64,000 nucleotides of DNA from Candidatus Latescibacterota bacterium (GTDB lineage Bacteria; Latescibacterota; UBA2968; UBA8231), in the NCBI GenBank assembly GCA_965208105.1, contig OZ242318.1, forward strand, positions 2,784,001 to 2,848,000, given 5' to 3'. Position 1 is the stretch's first letter; each line of letters begins with the position of its first letter. The notes below the pieces were generated by a model, which worked only from the letters and a program-made list of their open reading frames with translations, searched no databases and was not told the DNA's origin. The position numbers and the translations under genes were made by a program. Below are positions 50,663 to 59,833 of the stretch, piece by piece.

Positions 50663-51091
50663 ATGGACACAATTGAGATTACTTCCCGGTTGAGAATTCC
50701 ACTCGCCGAATTGCGCTTTTCCTTTGATCGCAGTTCCGGGCCTGGTGGACAGAAGGTCAATAAATCGAATACCAGGGCGGAGTTGCGCTTCATCCCGGGG
50801 AACAGTTCAGTCCTCGATGAAGGTCAACGACGGCGGCTTGAGGAGGGGTTGGGCTCTCGTTTGAGCAAGGAAGGGGTGCTTTCCATTCGCTCCGACAGGT
50901 ACCGCACCCAGCTGCAAAACAAGAATGACTGCCTCGAAAAGTTCGCCGCTTTGCTGGCCGCATTGCTCGCGCCACCCCCACCCAGGCGCCTGCCCACACG
51001 CCCCACCCGGGCGGCGGTGGCGCGGCGACGCCGGGACAAGGAGCACCAGGGCAAGGTGAAGAAATTGCGACGGCGACCCACCGAGGAGTGA
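50663..51091 (+). CDS. arfB: Alternative ribosome rescue factor ArfB
   Basis: RSSGPGGQKVNK (GGQ motif), R.Q..N, basic C-terminal tail R.PTRPT...RR. Confidence 0.93.
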   Translation: MDTIEITSRLRIPLAELRFSFDRSSGPGGQKVNKSNTRAELRFIPGNSSVLDEGQRRRLEEGLGSRLSKEGVLSIRSDRYRTQLQNKNDCLEKFAALLAALLAPPPPRRLPTRPTRAAVARRRRDKEHQGKVKKLRRRPTEE

Positions 51092-51096
51092 ATCCC

Positions 51097-51262
51097 TGGC
51101 AGCCCGTTGATAAAGTTGCTCTGCAGGCGAGGCCGAGGCATGGCGGTCGAAGGCAAGGCCTGCGACCGAGGCGAATCGAGGGGATTCGGAGAGGCTGCGC
51201 AACGCCGTATTCGACCGCCAGGGCCGGCCGCAGCCCGGATGGACTGTTTCAACGGGCTGCCA
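51097..51262. mobile_element. MITE family 2 (166 bp, nested inverted repeats)
   Basis: 14-bp TIR tggcagcccgttga/tcaacgggctgcca; inner tggcggtcgaa/ttcgaccgcca; aatccc on both flanks. Confidence 0.65.
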
Positions 51263-51415
51263 AATCCCGGCTGCAAATCCCTTGCGATATGGCCCAATGG
51301 AGACTATATTTAACCTTAACGTAAAGGTTAATGCCATTGTCGGATCCAGGGCGGGCAATAAAACCGGCAAAAATTGGGTACGGCTATCGAGGGGATTAGC
51401 GGAGGGCTCCAGGGC

Positions 51416-52279
51416 ATGCTGAAAAACAAAATTACCGCCGATGACAACTCAAAGAACATTCACAACCCTACCGAACTCTATTGGCGGGATATCAAAGACG
51501 CCAAACCTTTGAGCCGGCAGAAGGAAGCCGAGCTATTCAAAAAAGCTCGAGCTGGTGACGAACAGGCCAGACAGTCTCTGATTACGGCAAATCTCCGCTT
51601 CGTCGTCAGGGTGGCCAGGGAGTACCGAGACTGCGGGCTGTCACTCATCGAGCTGATATCAGAAGGCAATCACGGCCTCCTCGAAGCCATGAAGCGATTC
51701 GACGAATCCCGCGGATTCAAGTTTATCACCTACGCAGTGTGGTGGATTCGTCAAGCCATTCTCAAGGCCCTGGGCGAGCAGGGCAAGATTGTCCGCCCAC
51801 CTATGAGTCAAGTCAACGACCTGCAAAAAATGGACAGAGAGACAGCGAGATATGCACATAAACTAGGCAGGACTCCAACTTCCGCCGAGATGGAATCCAG
51901 AATGGATATCAGTCCTGAGCGCACCCGAAATGCCTTGAAAATTGGCCAGCAGGACATTTCCTTCGACGCTCCTGCCTATCCGGAGGATGATGTTTCTCTA
52001 TTGTCCGTATTTGCAGCCGAGCAGGAGGGCGTGGACGAAACTTTTGAGAAGGGCGATGTGAAGCAGGCCGTGCGGTTCTGCCTCAAATTCCTCGATGAAC
52101 GCGAATACCAGATAGTGTCCGCATATTTCGGCCTGGACGATCTGCGCCCCATGACTCTGGAGGAAATCGGCACGGTAATGGGGGTGACGCGCGAGCGCGT
52201 GCGCCAGCTGCGCAATCGCGCCCTCGAAAAAATCAGAGTCCAATGCGGCGATATGTTAATGGAGTTTTCCAGCAACTGA
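51416..52279 (+). CDS. RpoD/RpoS-family sigma-70 factor lacking region 1.1
   Basis: ANLRFVV, LISEGN.GL, FITYAVWWIRQ, TLEEIG..GVTRERVRQ. Confidence 0.92.
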   Translation: MLKNKITADDNSKNIHNPTELYWRDIKDAKPLSRQKEAELFKKARAGDEQARQSLITANLRFVVRVAREYRDCGLSLIELISEGNHGLLEAMKRFDESRGFKFITYAVWWIRQAILKALGEQGKIVRPPMSQVNDLQKMDRETARYAHKLGRTPTSAEMESRMDISPERTRNALKIGQQDISFDAPAYPEDDVSLLSVFAAEQEGVDETFEKGDVKQAVRFCLKFLDEREYQIVSAYFGLDDLRPMTLEEIGTVMGVTRERVRQLRNRALEKIRVQCGDMLMEFSSN

Positions 52280-52487
52280 AAAGCACCTAACCCCTGGGTA
52301 GCCGCAGCGCCAGTGCGGGGCCGGGGACCGCTACAGCCAACGGCCACCGGGTCGCGAAGCCGCAAGAAGTTGCCGCATCGGCGCATATCCGTCGGCTTCC
52401 GGGTGATTTGCCGGATGGCCGAACTGTGAATCGACCCTCCCCGTCGTTTTCACGCCGCAGTGCGGCACAGATCCGCGATACGGGCCG

Positions 52488-52518
52488 TTGACAGAGGACG
52501 GTAAACCATTATTATAAT
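52488..52518 (+). promoter_or_regulatory. Putative promoter of the first Fur-family gene with an overlapping degenerate operator
   Basis: TTGACA followed by TATTAT/TATAAT (spacing 16/19); cggtaaaccattatta matches the 53297 palindrome at 11/16 positions. Confidence 0.5.
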
Positions 52519-52637
52519 TGTCCCAACTGTCTACCACCTGCTTTCCGGCCCCTGCCGCCGGCAACGGTGCTGCGGCCTTCGGCCCACGGGCGCTGTCGTC
52601 TTGTCACGGAACGTGTCCATCCTCCACCCTTACTTCT

Positions 52638-53006
52638 ATGCAACGAGACACCCATCAACGCCGGGCGATCCGCCGCGTATTCATGAACGCCGGGCGCCCT
52701 CTCACGCCTGACGAGGTCCTAGAGTACGGCCAACAGATCGTGCCGTCACTCGGGGTGGCGACCGTCTACCGGAACGTGAAGATCCTCGTTGGCGAGGGCT
52801 GGCTATCGGAAGTGCAGTTCCCGGGCGGCGGGCTTCGGTACGAGTTGGCCGACTGTCCGCATCACCACCACTTCCTCTGCCGATCCTGTGATCAGGCGTT
52901 CGACGTCCATCGGTGCCCGGATGAAGTCGAGACGCTGGCGCCCGACGGCTTCGAGGTCGACAGCCACGAGCTGGTTCTCTTCGGTCGCTGCGCCGCGTGT
53001 ACGTGA
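52638..53006 (+). CDS. Fur-family metalloregulator (Zur-like), copy 1
   Basis: T.QRRAI, LGVATVYR, HHHHFLCRSC, C-terminal CAAC. Confidence 0.92.
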   Translation: MQRDTHQRRAIRRVFMNAGRPLTPDEVLEYGQQIVPSLGVATVYRNVKILVGEGWLSEVQFPGGGLRYELADCPHHHHFLCRSCDQAFDVHRCPDEVETLAPDGFEVDSHELVLFGRCAACT

Positions 53007-53284
53007 CGGGCCTCTGATCCAGCCGCTCCCCACGTCGGCCTAGTTTGACTCCGGGGAGAAGCGATACCTCCCCTGCCCCAGGTAAGACTCGAAGTTCAGT
53101 CAAGGCAGATCCCCTCCCGCGCCATCGGGAGCGGCGGGGCGTCCGCCAACCTCCCACCGCACCTTGCGTCAATCCATTCCGTTTCGGTCAATCGGGCCGC
53201 AGGCGGGGCGTCCTCGCGGGCCGCCGAAGACCCGACGCGTCAGCACAGACCGCAGCCCGGTCACCAAGGCAGCGCACCTCCTTC

Positions 53285-53313
53285 TTGACTCGATACCGAT
53301 AATTCATTATCGT
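53285..53313 (+). promoter_or_regulatory. Sigma-70 promoter with Fur/Zur-type palindromic operator
   Basis: TTGACT-N17-TATCGT; palindrome CGATAAT-TC-ATTATCG (53297-53312) overlaps the spacer and -10. Confidence 0.75.
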
Positions 53314-53417
53314 TACGGTCGAGATACTCACCTCTTCTTTCCGCTCCTGCCGGAGGCGTGACCCCATTGACAGGGGCAGAAGAGCGGGCGTGAGCAAACC
53401 GGAGGTCCAGGGCAAAC

Positions 53418-53657
53418 ATGACGCAACGACACATTCCCGGTCCGCGTAGCGGTCGGTCCCGCACCGGGGTCTGGGGCTGGTCCACGAAGCGGCACGGGGG
53501 AGTCCCGTTGCCTCTTTACTCCCCTCGCTTTACCCATCTCAACCGAGGCCCGCCTCGGTGCCAGCGCATCCACGCTGGTAAACCGCCCTGGTGCGTGGGT
53601 GCCCTTCTCCATCCAATTCGCGTTCCACTAAATTCCCGTCCAGTGCGCAACCCCTAA
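53418..53657 (+). CDS. Candidate leader ORF with RGPP motif
   Basis: GGAGG 12 nt before the ATG; PLYSPRFTHLNRGPP; stop codon lies in a hairpin loop upstream of the next RBS. Confidence 0.3.
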   Translation: MTQRHIPGPRSGRSRTGVWGWSTKRHGGVPLPLYSPRFTHLNRGPPRCQRIHAGKPPWCVGALLHPIRVPLNSRPVRNP

Positions 53658-53699
53658 GGAAAGTGCGCGTGGACGGTCAAACCATTGGAGACTAGCACC

Positions 53700-54206
53700 A
53701 TGCTTAAAAGAATAATGTCCGCCTTGAGCATTTTCGCCCTTGCCCTCTTCATGGCTAGCTGCGGCGACGAGGACAATCCCGTCGAGCCTGACTCCCATGA
53801 TGACCATGCCGAGGCTGTCGGCCTGATCGTGCGCGATAGCGGCACTGAAATTGTCCGCGTTGAAAGCGGCCAAGTGACCGGCGAGATTGAGGTCGGCCAC
53901 GGCAAGGAAACTGCCCTGCTTTCCGTGCGCTTTATTGCCGAAGATGGCGATCTTTTTACCCCAGATGAAAACGATGAATATTCCCTCGGTTGGGAAATTG
54001 CCGACGAGAGCATCGCCGCAGTAGATCAGCACGCCGAGGACGGGGCCTGGAATTTTCACATCCTCGGCTTGGAGGAAGGCGAGACTACCATCCGCATCAA
54101 AATCAACCACGAAGGCCACACCGATTTCGTCTCGCCGGAAATCGAGATTCACGTCAGCGAGGACGGACCCGGTGAGGAACACGATGAGCACGACGAGGAA
54201 GGGTAA
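53700..54206 (+). CDS. His/acid-rich metal-binding lipoprotein
   Basis: MASC lipobox; SHDDHAE, NHEGHTDF and EEHDEHDEEG; GGAG RBS. Confidence 0.8.
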   Translation: MLKRIMSALSIFALALFMASCGDEDNPVEPDSHDDHAEAVGLIVRDSGTEIVRVESGQVTGEIEVGHGKETALLSVRFIAEDGDLFTPDENDEYSLGWEIADESIAAVDQHAEDGAWNFHILGLEEGETTIRIKINHEGHTDFVSPEIEIHVSEDGPGEEHDEHDEEG

Positions 54207-54288
54207 AGTGGTTGGATCTGTTGCGGCCTTCACATGCAAAAGCGACGCGGGACCGGAGGCAAACTCCGGTCCCGTGCACTTATGTCAA

Positions 54289-56535
54289 GTGCAACTGAAT
54301 AGCCGACAGATAAAGGCCACGGGCCGCAGGCTGCTATGGAAACTCGCATCCATAATCGGCCTGGCAGTCGGCCCCGTTTGGGGAGACCAGACTGGCGCTC
54401 TGGCGGGCCACGTGATCGACGCCGAAAGCGGCCAACCTGTCGGTTGGACTACTGTCGTCATCGAGGAACTCGAGCGGGCGCGGATGAGCGACGCCGAAGG
54501 GTATTTCTTCTTCGCCAACCTCCCCCCCGGTACCTACGTCCTGCAAAGCCTGCACGTCGGCTACCACGAGGCCCGCTTTAAAGTGGAGGTCGTCGCGGGA
54601 GATACCACCCATGTCGATCTGGCTGTTGGCTACGAGTCCCTGCACGTAGATGAGATCCTCATCGAAGGCGAACACACGCGTCCTGTTTCTCCACTCCAAG
54701 CACCCGAAATTGTCTTCAGCGGCAGCAAGCTGCGGCAGAATTTGAGCCGCACCATCGCCGAGACCATCGACTACGAGCCGGGCATTGCCCAGCGCTCAAT
54801 GGGGCCGGCACCCGCGCGTCCGGTGCTGCGCGGGCTAGGCGGCGACCGCTTGCTGGTGATCGAAGACGGCGAGCGCACCGGTGATTTGTCCGGCACCTCT
54901 TCGGACCACGCCGTGGCAATCGAGCCGATGACCACCGAGCGCATCGAGGTCGTGCGCGGCCCCCGGACTTTGCTCTACGGTTCCAATGCCCTGGCCGGGG
55001 TCGTCAACGTGGTGCGGGGATACGTGCCCTCCGAGCGTCCCGACGACTTGGGGGGATCCGTGACCTATCAAGGAGAGAGCGTCAACCGAGGGTTGTCCGG
55101 CGGCCTGACTCTCGAACAGGCGCTCGGCCCCCTGGCGCTGCGCTTCGACAGCAGTCTGCGCAACGCCGACGATATTGCCACGCCCCATGGGGTACTCGCC
55201 AATACGGACATCCGTACGGGCAATGCCTCAGTCGGCCTGAGTCTGGTTCGTCCATGGGGGCATTTAGGTGCGTCCGGTAGCTTATACAACTCCGACTACG
55301 GCATCCCTCCCGATCCGGAGAGCGGCCACCCGCACGGCGTATCCATTGATCTCCAGCGCCAGCACCTCGAAGGGCGCGGCGAAATCCTCACCGGTCCGGA
55401 CTGGCTCCAGCGCCTGGAATTGCACCACTCGTTTTCGCGCTATCAGCACGGCGAATTCGAAGCCAGTGGCAGCTTGGGGCTGGAGTTCGGCGTGCTCACG
55501 CACAACAGCGGTGCGCTGGCCCACCTGGATCGCATGGGGCCTTTTGCCAACGGCGCGATTGGCTTGTGGTTCGAGTACCGCAACTATGCCGCGGCCGGGC
55601 TCAACTATACGCCGCCGGCCGAGGAATACGCCGGTGCTTTGTTCGCCTACCAGGAGTGGGAGCATGGGCCTTGGGCGGCCAATGCGGCTTGGCGCGTTGA
55701 CGCCCGCCGCGTCGAGCCGCGCGAGAAGCGCTATTCGCGCCGGGTAGGCCGCATCCAGACACGTGACTTTGCCGGGATGTCTGCCGGTTTGTCCAATCAC
55801 TATCGCGCCAGTTCGACTTTGACGTTGGGCTCGACCTTGATGCGCACCTTTCGCGCTCCCGGCATCGAAGAGCTTTTTTCCGAAGGGCCGCATCTGGCCG
55901 CCTATTCGTACGAGGTGGGCAATGGCGTCCTCGCCAGCGAACGCGGCTTGGGACTGGAGCTGTTCGCCGACTACCACCTCGAAGAAGGCCATCTACACTT
56001 GGCCGTCTTCCGCAACGCGATCAATGGGTACATTTTCCCCAAGAATACCGGCGAGCGCAGCTTGCGGCGCGCCGATCTTTTTCTCTATCGGACTGTGGGA
56101 GAGCGCGTCCTCATGCACGGTGCCGAAGTTACCTTCGATCGGCATCTGGGGGAGCCCTGGAAAGTGGCCGGTACCCTCAGCTATGTGCGCGGCCACCTCA
56201 CTGATCTCGACGACGAACCTCTGCCGCGTCTGCCGCCCCTGCAAGGGCACCTGGCCCTGACTTGCGAACCCACTGAGGCGCTGAGTGCGACTATTGACCT
56301 GCGCTTGGCTGCGGAACAGGACGAGGTCGGCGAGTTTGAAGAGTCTACGGAAGGCTACGCAGTGCTGGATCTTTCGAGCCAGTACTACGCGCAGTGGGGG
56401 GGCCGTCTGCACACCTTCGCCCTGACCCTGGAAAACGCCACTGACGCGGTGTACCGCAACCACCTCAACCGCGTCAAAGAGATCCTGCCCGAGCCAGGCC
56501 GCAATCTGCGCCTGTTGCACAAGATTTTCTTCTGA
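54289..56535 (+). CDS. TonB-dependent receptor (ZnuD-like) with N-terminal carboxypeptidase-regulatory-like domain
   Basis: RPVLRGL, S.DHAV, ERIEVVRGP..LLYG.NA..GVVN plug; ELFSEGPHLA; C-terminal PGRN...F; start uncertain (54172-54289). Confidence 0.92.
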   Translation: MQLNSRQIKATGRRLLWKLASIIGLAVGPVWGDQTGALAGHVIDAESGQPVGWTTVVIEELERARMSDAEGYFFFANLPPGTYVLQSLHVGYHEARFKVEVVAGDTTHVDLAVGYESLHVDEILIEGEHTRPVSPLQAPEIVFSGSKLRQNLSRTIAETIDYEPGIAQRSMGPAPARPVLRGLGGDRLLVIEDGERTGDLSGTSSDHAVAIEPMTTERIEVVRGPRTLLYGSNALAGVVNVVRGYVPSERPDDLGGSVTYQGESVNRGLSGGLTLEQALGPLALRFDSSLRNADDIATPHGVLANTDIRTGNASVGLSLVRPWGHLGASGSLYNSDYGIPPDPESGHPHGVSIDLQRQHLEGRGEILTGPDWLQRLELHHSFSRYQHGEFEASGSLGLEFGVLTHNSGALAHLDRMGPFANGAIGLWFEYRNYAAAGLNYTPPAEEYAGALFAYQEWEHGPWAANAAWRVDARRVEPREKRYSRRVGRIQTRDFAGMSAGLSNHYRASSTLTLGSTLMRTFRAPGIEELFSEGPHLAAYSYEVGNGVLASERGLGLELFADYHLEEGHLHLAVFRNAINGYIFPKNTGERSLRRADLFLYRTVGERVLMHGAEVTFDRHLGEPWKVAGTLSYVRGHLTDLDDEPLPRLPPLQGHLALTCEPTEALSATIDLRLAAEQDEVGEFEESTEGYAVLDLSSQYYAQWGGRLHTFALTLENATDAVYRNHLNRVKEILPEPGRNLRLLHKIFF

Positions 56536-56760
56536 GAATCCGTCAGGATTCACTCAACAGTTGTTCGGTCGTGCCCGTGGTGGCCGGTATCTTTTTCACT
56601 GGTCTCATGAGAGACCACCGAGATGAAACCAAGGCAAGCGACCACGATCACTACCAATCAATCTTCGCTTCCGGTTGAGCACGGACGATCGGGACCTGTC
56701 AGCGCGGGACCTCAGCAGTGGCAAGTCTTAACCCGAACTCACGTTAAAGAAAGATTCCAT

Positions 56761-58008
56761 ATGAACACGCCGCGCAAAGTACCTGAAGTGACCCTGTCAG
56801 AGAGACTTCCCGTTACTGTCCTGTCCGGCTTTCTCGGCGCAGGCAAGACCACTCTTCTCAACAACGTGCTCAACAACCGCGAAGGCATGCGCGCCGCGGT
56901 AATCGTCAACGATATGAGCGAGGTCAACATCGACGCGGCGCTCGTTGAGCGCGGCGGTGCGCAACTCTCGCGGACCGAGGAGAAGCTGGTCGAGATGTCG
57001 AACGGCTGCATCTGCTGCACGCTGCGGGACGACCTGCTGGCCGAGGTCTCACGGCTCGCGCAGGAGGGACGCTTCGACTACCTGCTCATCGAGTCCACCG
57101 GGATTTCGGAGCCCATTCCCGTCGCGCAGACCTTCACCTTCAAGGACGAGAACGGTGTGAGCCTGAGTCAGGTTTCGCGCCTCGACACGATGGTCACGGT
57201 CGTGGACGCGGCGAGCTTCCTGCGGGACTACAACGCCGCCGAAGCGCTCCAGGACCGCGGCGAGTCGCTGGGCGAAGAAGATCACCGGACGGTGACCGAT
57301 CTGCTCATCGACCAGATCGAGTTCGCCGACGTCATAGTGCTCAACAAGCTCGATCTCGTGAGCAACGATCAGGCTCTCGAGGTCGAGGCCATCGTGAAAG
57401 CGCTCAACCCCGGCGCGAAGATCCTCCCGGCGACGCGCGGCCAGGTTCCGCTCGAATCCGTGCTCGACACGGGCCTGTTCGACTACGAGAAGGCGGCGAG
57501 CTCCGCCGGCTGGATTCGAGAGCTTCAGGGAGAGCACACGCCGGAGACCGAGGAGTACGGGATCTCGAGCTTCACCTATCGGACGTCGCAGCCCTTCGAC
57601 GCCGAGAAGCTGTGGGCGTTCCTGCACGACGACGAGAACTGGAGGGGTGTGCTCCGCTCGAAGGGCTTCTTCTGGGTCGCCGCTGACCATAGGATCGCCT
57701 ACGAGTGGGCTCAAGCCGGCGGCATCAACAACGTGAACTCCGCCGGGATGTGGTGGGCGGCCGTGCCTCGCGAACACTGGGGGCACCCCGAGGGTCAGCG
57801 ACCTGACCAGCAGCCGGGCTGGCATCCTCGCTTCGGTGATCGCGCGCAACAGATCGTCTTCATCGGCCGCCAGATGCAGGAGGCGTCGATGCGCACTCGC
57901 CTCGACGCGTGCCTGCTCGACGAGCGCCTTGCCTCCGCTGACAGCAAGGCCTGGGCAGAGCTCCGGAACCCGTTTCCAGAGCTTCTCATGGACGAGGAGT
58001 CAGCATGA
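56761..58008 (+). CDS. COG0523 metallochaperone GTPase (ZigA/YciC-type)
   Basis: [44 protein letters not shown]. Confidence 0.95.
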   Translation: MNTPRKVPEVTLSERLPVTVLSGFLGAGKTTLLNNVLNNREGMRAAVIVNDMSEVNIDAALVERGGAQLSRTEEKLVEMSNGCICCTLRDDLLAEVSRLAQEGRFDYLLIESTGISEPIPVAQTFTFKDENGVSLSQVSRLDTMVTVVDAASFLRDYNAAEALQDRGESLGEEDHRTVTDLLIDQIEFADVIVLNKLDLVSNDQALEVEAIVKALNPGAKILPATRGQVPLESVLDTGLFDYEKAASSAGWIRELQGEHTPETEEYGISSFTYRTSQPFDAEKLWAFLHDDENWRGVLRSKGFFWVAADHRIAYEWAQAGGINNVNSAGMWWAAVPREHWGHPEGQRPDQQPGWHPRFGDRAQQIVFIGRQMQEASMRTRLDACLLDERLASADSKAWAELRNPFPELLMDEESA

Positions 58009-58177
58009 CCGAAAATGCCTCATCCGTTTTGGCGAAAGGATCGCTCTACATCGGTAGCGGAGACGGGCTCATGCCGCGGGAGAGACCTCCAAAGCTCCTC
58101 CGCGCAAGCATACTGGGGCGTGTGCCGTCATCCGGCCCCACCTTCGGTTTCGCCGTGTCACAGGGAGAAGAGAAAAC

Positions 58178-58486
58178 ATGTTGATCAACACATCACCACG
58201 TCGCCCGAACCCCGAACGGGTTCGATATATCAAGGAGGCTTTGCGCAAAGCGCTGAACCTTTCCGACGACATGGCGGTCACGGTCACCGAGCTGGCTTGC
58301 CTCGAAGAAGGTTGCGCGCCGGTCGAAACCGTGATTGGCCTGCTTCGGCCCGACGCACCTCAGCTTCAGTGCAAGCTGCACAAGCCCGTGGACGCCGTTG
58401 ACGCCAAAGACCTGGTCCAGGTCTGCACGGCGTGGGGCTTCGACGTCCAGATTGCCGTCCCCGAACCACTCACCCAGGAGAATTAG
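58178..58486 (+). CDS. Small Cys-containing protein between the two COG0523 genes
   Basis: VTELACLEEGCAPVETVI (CxxxxC); abuts the next gene (TAG-ATG). Confidence 0.7.
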   Translation: MLINTSPRRPNPERVRYIKEALRKALNLSDDMAVTVTELACLEEGCAPVETVIGLLRPDAPQLQCKLHKPVDAVDAKDLVQVCTAWGFDVQIAVPEPLTQEN

Positions 58487-59833
58487 ATGAACACGCCGCA
58501 AAAAGTACCTGTTTCCATCCTCACCGGCTTCCTCGGCTCCGGCAAGACGACCCTGCTCAACCGGATCTTGACTGAGGAGCACGGCAAGCGCATTGCCGTG
58601 ATCGAGAACGAGTACGGGGAGGTGGGCATCGATCAGGCCCTCGTCATCGACGCTGACGAAGAAATCTTCGAGATGTCGAACGGCTGCATCTGCTGCACGG
58701 TGCGCGGAGACCTGATTCGCGTGCTCGGAAATCTCATGAAGCGCCGCGACAAGTTCGACTATGTGCTGGTGGAGACCACAGGCCTCGCCGACCCCGGCCC
58801 GGTCGCTCAGACCTTCTTCATGGACGACGAGATTCACGCGGAGTTCTCGCTTGACGGGATCGTCACGCTCGTCGATGCAGCGCACATTGATCAGCAGCTC
58901 GGCCGAAGCGACGAAAGCACCGAGCAAATCGCGTTCGCAGATGTCCTCGTGCTCAACAAAACGGACCTCGTCGACGGCGAAGCGCTCGACCGGCTCGAAG
59001 CCCGGCTCCGAGACATGAACCGGATGGCGCAAGTCGTGCGCAGCGAGCGGGCGAACGTCTCCGTCGACACGGTACTCAACCTCGGCGCCTTCGACCTGGA
59101 CCAGGCGCTCGAGCGCCGCCCCACCTTCCTCGAGCCAGAGTATCCGTTCGAATGGACTGGCGTCTATTCGCTCGATATCGGCCGCTACGAACTCACTCTC
59201 GCCGATGGACCCGATCCGGCGATGTCGCTCGTCGTCGTGTCCGACCAGGGCACGGATGACGCTGCCCTCCGCGAGGGTGCGGAGTGGTGCGTGCGGCGGT
59301 ACGCCGAACCTGCGGAGCTCATTCGCCCGGGGGAAGAGATCCCTGCCGGAAAGCATGTGAACCTCCCGCTCGATTCCCCGGGGCGCAAGTCGTTCTCCCT
59401 GGAGGTCGACACGCAGATGCGGGTTGGCCTCTACACCCAGCACACCGCGGAAGAGTTCGACCTCAAACTGACGAACGCGGAAGGTGCGACAATCCGGCAA
59501 GAGGTCGAGCGCACCTGGGTCGCACAGCACGAGCACGACGACGAAGTGGGCTCGATCGCAATCGAGAGGGAGGGGGACGTCGATCCCGGCAGGCTCAACG
59601 AGTGGCTTGGCGAACTGCTCCGTGAACGCGGGGTGGACATCTTCCGAATGAAGGGCTTCATCAGCCTCGCGGGCGAGTCGCGTCGCTTCGTCTTCCAGGG
59701 GGTTCACATGCTCTTCGACGGACAGCCGGACCGTCCATGGGGGGACGCGCCCCGCCGCAATCAGCTCGTGTTCATCGGCCGCAACCTCGATGAGCAAAGC
59801 ATGCGGCAGAGATTCGAGGCATGTCTGATTTGA
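58487..59833 (+). CDS. COG0523/CobW-family GTPase with internal insertion domain
   Basis: TGFLGSGKTT, ENEYG, GCICC, VETTG, NKTD; PEYPFEWTG insertion; HEHDDEV; CobW_C FRMKG. Confidence 0.95.
   Translation: MNTPQKVPVSILTGFLGSGKTTLLNRILTEEHGKRIAVIENEYGEVGIDQALVIDADEEIFEMSNGCICCTVRGDLIRVLGNLMKRRDKFDYVLVETTGLADPGPVAQTFFMDDEIHAEFSLDGIVTLVDAAHIDQQLGRSDESTEQIAFADVLVLNKTDLVDGEALDRLEARLRDMNRMAQVVRSERANVSVDTVLNLGAFDLDQALERRPTFLEPEYPFEWTGVYSLDIGRYELTLADGPDPAMSLVVVSDQGTDDAALREGAEWCVRRYAEPAELIRPGEEIPAGKHVNLPLDSPGRKSFSLEVDTQMRVGLYTQHTAEEFDLKLTNAEGATIRQEVERTWVAQHEHDDEVGSIAIEREGDVDPGRLNEWLGELLRERGVDIFRMKGFISLAGESRRFVFQGVHMLFDGQPDRPWGDAPRRNQLVFIGRNLDEQSMRQRFEACLI

Noticed and set aside
51097-51262. 6S RNA
   Set aside because: Rod-like and of similar size, but it has perfect TIRs, a partial second copy at 272-305 and no recognisable 6S motifs; an Rfam search would settle it
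53164-53361. Second RGPP-containing ORF upstream of the operator
   Set aside because: TTG start without an RBS, spans the predicted promoter, and GC-rich composition makes RGPP plausible by chance
53320-53700. Cobalamin, ZTP or NiCo riboswitch in the long leader
   Set aside because: Could not find the conserved core motifs of these families by eye
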